Source: a bacterium | Lineage (GTDB): Bacteria > Patescibacteriota > Microgenomatia > Levybacterales > UBA12049 | Assembly: GCA_021813145.1 (NCBI GenBank) | Contig: JAKALS010000003.1 | Span: 6,114-70,113, forward strand | Length of the DNA: 64,000 nucleotides | Direction of reading: 5' to 3' | In this document: piece by piece, positions 60,218 through 64,000 of the stretch | Layout of the letters: the number at the start of each line of letters is the position of its first letter | Numbering within the stretch: position 1 is the stretch's first letter | Notes under the pieces: model-generated | Told to the model about the DNA's origin: nothing | Seen by the model: the letters and a program-made list of their open reading frames with translations, nothing else | The model's database searches: none | Program-made: the position numbers and the translations under genes

Positions 60218-61261
60218 ATGAACAATAAACCTAAAACGGTCCAGGATGCCAATCTAAACGGGAAAACAGTTCTTTTAAGAGCCGATCTGGATGTTTCCCT
60301 GGATAAGGGAAAGATTGCCGAAGATATCCGTTTGGAGGCTTCGCTAGATACAATTAATTTTCTTTTAAAACGGTCAAAATCAGTTATAGTAATGGGTCAT
60401 TTAGGCCGCCCGGTGGGAGAAGACAAAAATTTCAGCTTAAGGATTGTAGCACAGTGGTATGCAAATAGATTGGACGGGCAATTAACAGAAATAGAAGCAG
60501 GCGGATTTAAAGGCTGGAAAATCCTGCCGGGTTTAATACTTTTGGAAAACTTACGTTTTTATAAAGAAGAGGAAGAAAATAATGAGGATTTTTCAAAAAA
60601 ACTGTCTTTTTTGGCAGATATTTACGTAAATGACGCGTTTGCTTCTTCCCACAGGGCTCATGCCTCTATTGTCGGGGCCGCTAAATTTCTGCCTCATTTT
60701 TCCGGACTTAGGCTTGAAAAAGAGGTTGAAGAACTTTCCGCCGTTATAAAAGACCCTAAAAGGCCTTTAACGGTAATAATAGGAGGTGCAAAAATAGAAA
60801 CCAAACTTCCCCTTGTCGAGAAAATGCATAAATTTGCGGATTTTGTTTTGGTCGGAGGAGAGCTTTCCGAACAAGATAAGGTGCTTTTAAAGGTAATGCA
60901 CGAAAAAGTAGACAGGATAAAGTCAATTCTTTTGGTCGCAGACCTTATGGAAAGCAAAAAAGAAATAACGGAATATTCTACAGAAAACTTTATACAGGTA
61001 ATAAATAAATCTTCAACAGTTGTCTGGAACGGTCCAATGGGACTTGTTGAAGAAAGGGAATATTCAAAAGAGACCTTAAGGCTTGCACAGGCAATTGTTA
61101 ACTCCCAATCCTATTCAATTGTAGGAGGAGGAGACACAATAGCTTTTTTAAATAAAGAAGACATTTTGGATAAATTCTCTTTTGTTTCGATGGGCGGAGG
61201 AGCAATGCTCGAATTTTTGGCAGGAGAGAATCTCCCCGGAATAGAAGCTCTTCTTTCCTGA
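60218..61261 (+). CDS. pgk: phosphoglycerate kinase (compact form)
   Basis: LNGKTVLLRADLDV N-terminal motif, IIGGAKIETKL, VWNGPMGLVE, GGGDT. Confidence 0.85.
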   Translation: MNNKPKTVQDANLNGKTVLLRADLDVSLDKGKIAEDIRLEASLDTINFLLKRSKSVIVMGHLGRPVGEDKNFSLRIVAQWYANRLDGQLTEIEAGGFKGWKILPGLILLENLRFYKEEEENNEDFSKKLSFLADIYVNDAFASSHRAHASIVGAAKFLPHFSGLRLEKEVEELSAVIKDPKRPLTVIIGGAKIETKLPLVEKMHKFADFVLVGGELSEQDKVLLKVMHEKVDRIKSILLVADLMESKKEITEYSTENFIQVINKSSTVVWNGPMGLVEEREYSKETLRLAQAIVNSQSYSIVGGGDTIAFLNKEDILDKFSFVSMGGGAMLEFLAGENLPGIEALLS

Positions 61262-61287
61262 CTTGACAGCGGTGTTATAATTTTCAA

Positions 61288-61791
61288 ATGTCAATCGAAA
61301 TGCCCCCCGCTTTTCAAGACATCTCTTATTATGAAGCCTTAGGCATTGAAAGAGAAAGAGCGATAGAGCTGAGGAAAAGTCTCGTATTAAGAGTTATAAA
61401 GGCTGCAAGAGAAATTAAAACAGAAGGAGCTTCATTGGGAAGGATAGCCAGCTTTAGTCACATAAGTTCATCCGACGAACAAATACTCAGGCTTTCGGAT
61501 ATCCGCCGGCAATACTCTTTAAATGAAATGGAAAAAATGATGCATATTGTGTCTGTTTCAATGGGTATTTTTGAGTCAGGAGGTCTGTATCCGGAGATAA
61601 GCAGAGCATATTTGGACGAAGATAACTCCTTGTCCAGAACTTCCTCCTCCGACTTATCTTTTAGAGTAAATGTTTTAGGGGATAATCTCGTTTTCCATAG
61701 AAGACACGAGATGGTTCACCAAAGGGATAATAAGTATCAAAGGTTTAAGGAAAAACATATAAGTGTTGATTTCTACCTTACTAAAAATTAA
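61288..61791 (+). CDS. hypothetical protein between pgk and gap
   Basis: 167-aa ORF, no recognised motif. Confidence 0.35.
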   Translation: MSIEMPPAFQDISYYEALGIERERAIELRKSLVLRVIKAAREIKTEGASLGRIASFSHISSSDEQILRLSDIRRQYSLNEMEKMMHIVSVSMGIFESGGLYPEISRAYLDEDNSLSRTSSSDLSFRVNVLGDNLVFHRRHEMVHQRDNKYQRFKEKHISVDFYLTKN

Positions 61792-61805
61792 CACTTGCCC
61801 TCTTT

Positions 61806-62891
61806 TTGCCCGGGTTATATACTTTTAATATGACGCGTGTCGCTATAAACGGATACGGAAGGATAGGAAGGCTTGCCCACAGGGTAATTCTTGAACGCTT
61901 TAATGATGCAATAGATATAGTAGCAATAAACGCAGGTTCTTCGACTGATATCAAGGGTTGGATGTACCTTCTCAAATACGATACCACTTATGGTCCCATT
62001 CTCGATAGGCCTGTTTCCTATCAGGAAGCAGAGGGAAATTCTCCCACAAGCAAACTTTTAGGTTATCTTATGGTGGGGAATTCAAAAATACCTGTCTATT
62101 CCGAAAAAGATCCTACCCTTTTGCCGTGGAAAGACTTGAATGTAGATGTCGTTATAGAATCAACGGGTCATTTTACAACCGAGGAAAAATTAAAAACACA
62201 TATTCAAGCCGGCGCAAAAGCCGCAGTTTTGTCGGCACCCGTAAAGGAAGGGGAAATTCCCACTTACGTTTTATCCGTCAATTCCAAAGACTATCATGGA
62301 GAAAATTTAATAAGTAACGCTTCCTGTACGACAAACTGTATTTCGCCTGTTGCCAAAGTAATGGTCGATACATTCGGAGTAGAAAAAGCCATGATGACTA
62401 CCGTTCACGGATATACTTCGGACCAGAAGCTTCAAGACGGAGGGCATAAAGATTACAGAAGAGCAAGGGCAGCCGCTTTAAATATAATTCCCACATCAAC
62501 GGGTGCAACAATAGCCGCGGCTAAGGCGCTTCCCGAGCTTTCCGGAATTTTTCAGGGCCTTTCCATAAGGGTTCCCGTTCCCGCCGGTTCGCTTTCGGAT
62601 TTTACTTTTCTTTTAAAAAGGGAAACTACAAAAGAAGAGGTAAACAGTATTCTTACAAATGCTTCGAAAAACCCAAATTTTGAAGGAATAATGATGGTAA
62701 CCGAAGATCCTCTTGTTTCAAGTGACATAATAGGAAATCCTTTTTCTGCAATAGTTGATTTATCCCTTACCCAGGTAATGGGAAATATGGTAAAAGTTGT
62801 CGCGTGGTATGATAACGAATACGGATACGCCAACCGCCTTGTCGAGGAGACGATGATGGTCGGTAAAAGTCTTGCCCAAGGCAATTTATGA
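61806..62891 (+). CDS. gap: glyceraldehyde-3-phosphate dehydrogenase
   Basis: VAINGYGRIGR NAD-binding, ASCTTNC active-site Cys, WYDNEYGY. Confidence 0.92.
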   Translation: MPGLYTFNMTRVAINGYGRIGRLAHRVILERFNDAIDIVAINAGSSTDIKGWMYLLKYDTTYGPILDRPVSYQEAEGNSPTSKLLGYLMVGNSKIPVYSEKDPTLLPWKDLNVDVVIESTGHFTTEEKLKTHIQAGAKAAVLSAPVKEGEIPTYVLSVNSKDYHGENLISNASCTTNCISPVAKVMVDTFGVEKAMMTTVHGYTSDQKLQDGGHKDYRRARAAALNIIPTSTGATIAAAKALPELSGIFQGLSIRVPVPAGSLSDFTFLLKRETTKEEVNSILTNASKNPNFEGIMMVTEDPLVSSDIIGNPFSAIVDLSLTQVMGNMVKVVAWYDNEYGYANRLVEETMMVGKSLAQGNL

Positions 62892-63475
62892 AATCCCCTA
62901 TAAACCTTCCAGGCATTAGCAATATTACTATTTCCGGCAGAATTGGAACCGGTAAAACAACCCTGGCTTTGAAGCTTGGCGAGGTTTTGGGCTGGCAGGT
63001 TTTGGACGGAGGCAAACTCTTCAGAAAAATAACCCAGGAGCTTGGCCAAAGTATTATAGATACCAATCAAAGACCGGATAAGTTCGACCTTGAATACGAG
63101 GAAATGGTCAAGAAACTTTTAAGAAACAAGAAACATCAGATAGTGCAAAGCCATCTGGCCGGTTTTGACGCCCAGGGAATAGAGGGAGTTTTTAAAATTC
63201 TTGTCATGTGCCGCGACGAACATGGAAATGATAAGGCCGATATAAGGATAGACAGGCTAATGAATAGAGACAGTGCCACTTTGGAAAAAGCAAAATATGA
63301 AATACTCGAGCGGGAGAAACAAAATCTGGAGAAATTCAGAAGATTATACGCCAATAACGATAAGAACTGGGTTTATTGGAATGAAAAATATTATGACTTA
63401 ATCATAAACACTTATTCGAATAACCAAGATCAGGCACTCAAAATCGTTTTGGATAACATAGGCCTTAAGAAGTAA
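62888..63475 (+). CDS. P-loop kinase, cytidylate-kinase-like
   Basis: ITISGRIGTGKTTLALKL Walker A; LDGGKLFRKI; NMP-kinase size. Confidence 0.55.
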   Translation: MKSPINLPGISNITISGRIGTGKTTLALKLGEVLGWQVLDGGKLFRKITQELGQSIIDTNQRPDKFDLEYEEMVKKLLRNKKHQIVQSHLAGFDAQGIEGVFKILVMCRDEHGNDKADIRIDRLMNRDSATLEKAKYEILEREKQNLEKFRRLYANNDKNWVYWNEKYYDLIINTYSNNQDQALKIVLDNIGLKK

Positions 63476-63539
63476 TATATTTCTTTACTAAAGGTGTATA
63501 ATACTCTTTAAATTGCATTTGGAAGGAGACTGTTAGATA

Positions 63540-64000
63540 TGAAGGTTTCGGATATCATGTCAACACAGGTAGACTTCGTTACCACAGACGCCTCTGTCAG
63601 GGACATCTCACGGCTCATTTTCGGACGCGGAATAAACGGGGTTCCGGTTGTTAAAAAAAGAAAAGTCGTGGGTTTTATTACGGAAAAAGATATATTGGCA
63701 AAGTTTTATCCCACAATGGAGGAGTACATGGAGGACCCCGTTCATACCAGCGATTTCGAAAGCCTGGAGAAAAAAATTCCTTCGATTTTAAATATTACGG
63801 CCGATAAGATAATGAGCAAAAAACCTACGACGGTTTTTGCAGACACTCCTCTTTTAAGGGCCCACTCAGTAATGCTTCTTAAAAAAATAGGAAGACTTCC
63901 GGTTGTAGATAAAAAAGGAAACCTAATAGGTATCGTTTCGAAAGGGGATATCTTTAGGGGCGTGGTAGGAGATAAATTAAACATAGAGGTAGACGAAGAG
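63540..64000 (+). CDS. CBS-pair domain protein (3' end outside window)
   Basis: Hand translation MKVSDIMSTQVDFVTTDASVRDISRLIFGRGINGVPVV... two CBS motifs; no stop before window end. Confidence 0.7.

Overview
Gene-dense, low-GC bacterial chromosomal segment, by eye roughly 35-40% G+C. The proteins are divergent and compact: a short ValRS, a minimal YidC and a 347-aa PGK. The architecture looks monoderm (two class A PBPs, SpoIID/LytB, Wzx flippase, O-antigen-ligase-like protein). It reads like a reduced-genome, possibly Patescibacteria/CPR-like organism; that is inference only.

The window contains the replication-origin neighbourhood: rpmH-rnpA-yidD-yidC-jag on the minus strand, diverging from dnaA-dnaN, with a perfect DnaA box overlapping a TTGACA -35 upstream of dnaA. 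Housekeeping content includes dnaG-rpoD, purA/purB, ruvC-ruvA-ruvB, rplY, valS, nth, rnhA, rpiB/rpe and pgk/gap.

Five tRNAs were found by hand: Ser-GGA, Ser-CGA, Ser-TGA, Ser-GCU and Arg-GCG. A tmRNA (ssrA) was identified by hand next to smpB, with its own terminator.

The most notable element is a ~13 kb, almost entirely co-directional T4SS-like pilus locus (26375-39203). It carries a VirB4 ATPase with a DEAW Walker B motif, a VirB6-like polytopic membrane protein, three paralogous VirB2/TrbC-like pilins, a 356-aa secreted protein whose C-terminus is itself a pilin domain, a VirB3-like membrane protein and an anchored HExxH metalloprotease. It is headed by a deviant-Walker-A NTPase fused to a winged-helix regulator, which has a paralog elsewhere in the window. 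No relaxase, VirD4, VirB11 or outer-membrane components are visible.

Other observations: two GC-elevated, ORF-poor intergenic regions (6700-7282 and 15000-15487) that may encode structured RNAs; a tRNA-Ser-bounded segment carrying a compositionally atypical 964-aa Ala/Arg/Glu-rich protein; and three 7-nt tandem repeats inside or abutting ruvB and a Nudix gene.
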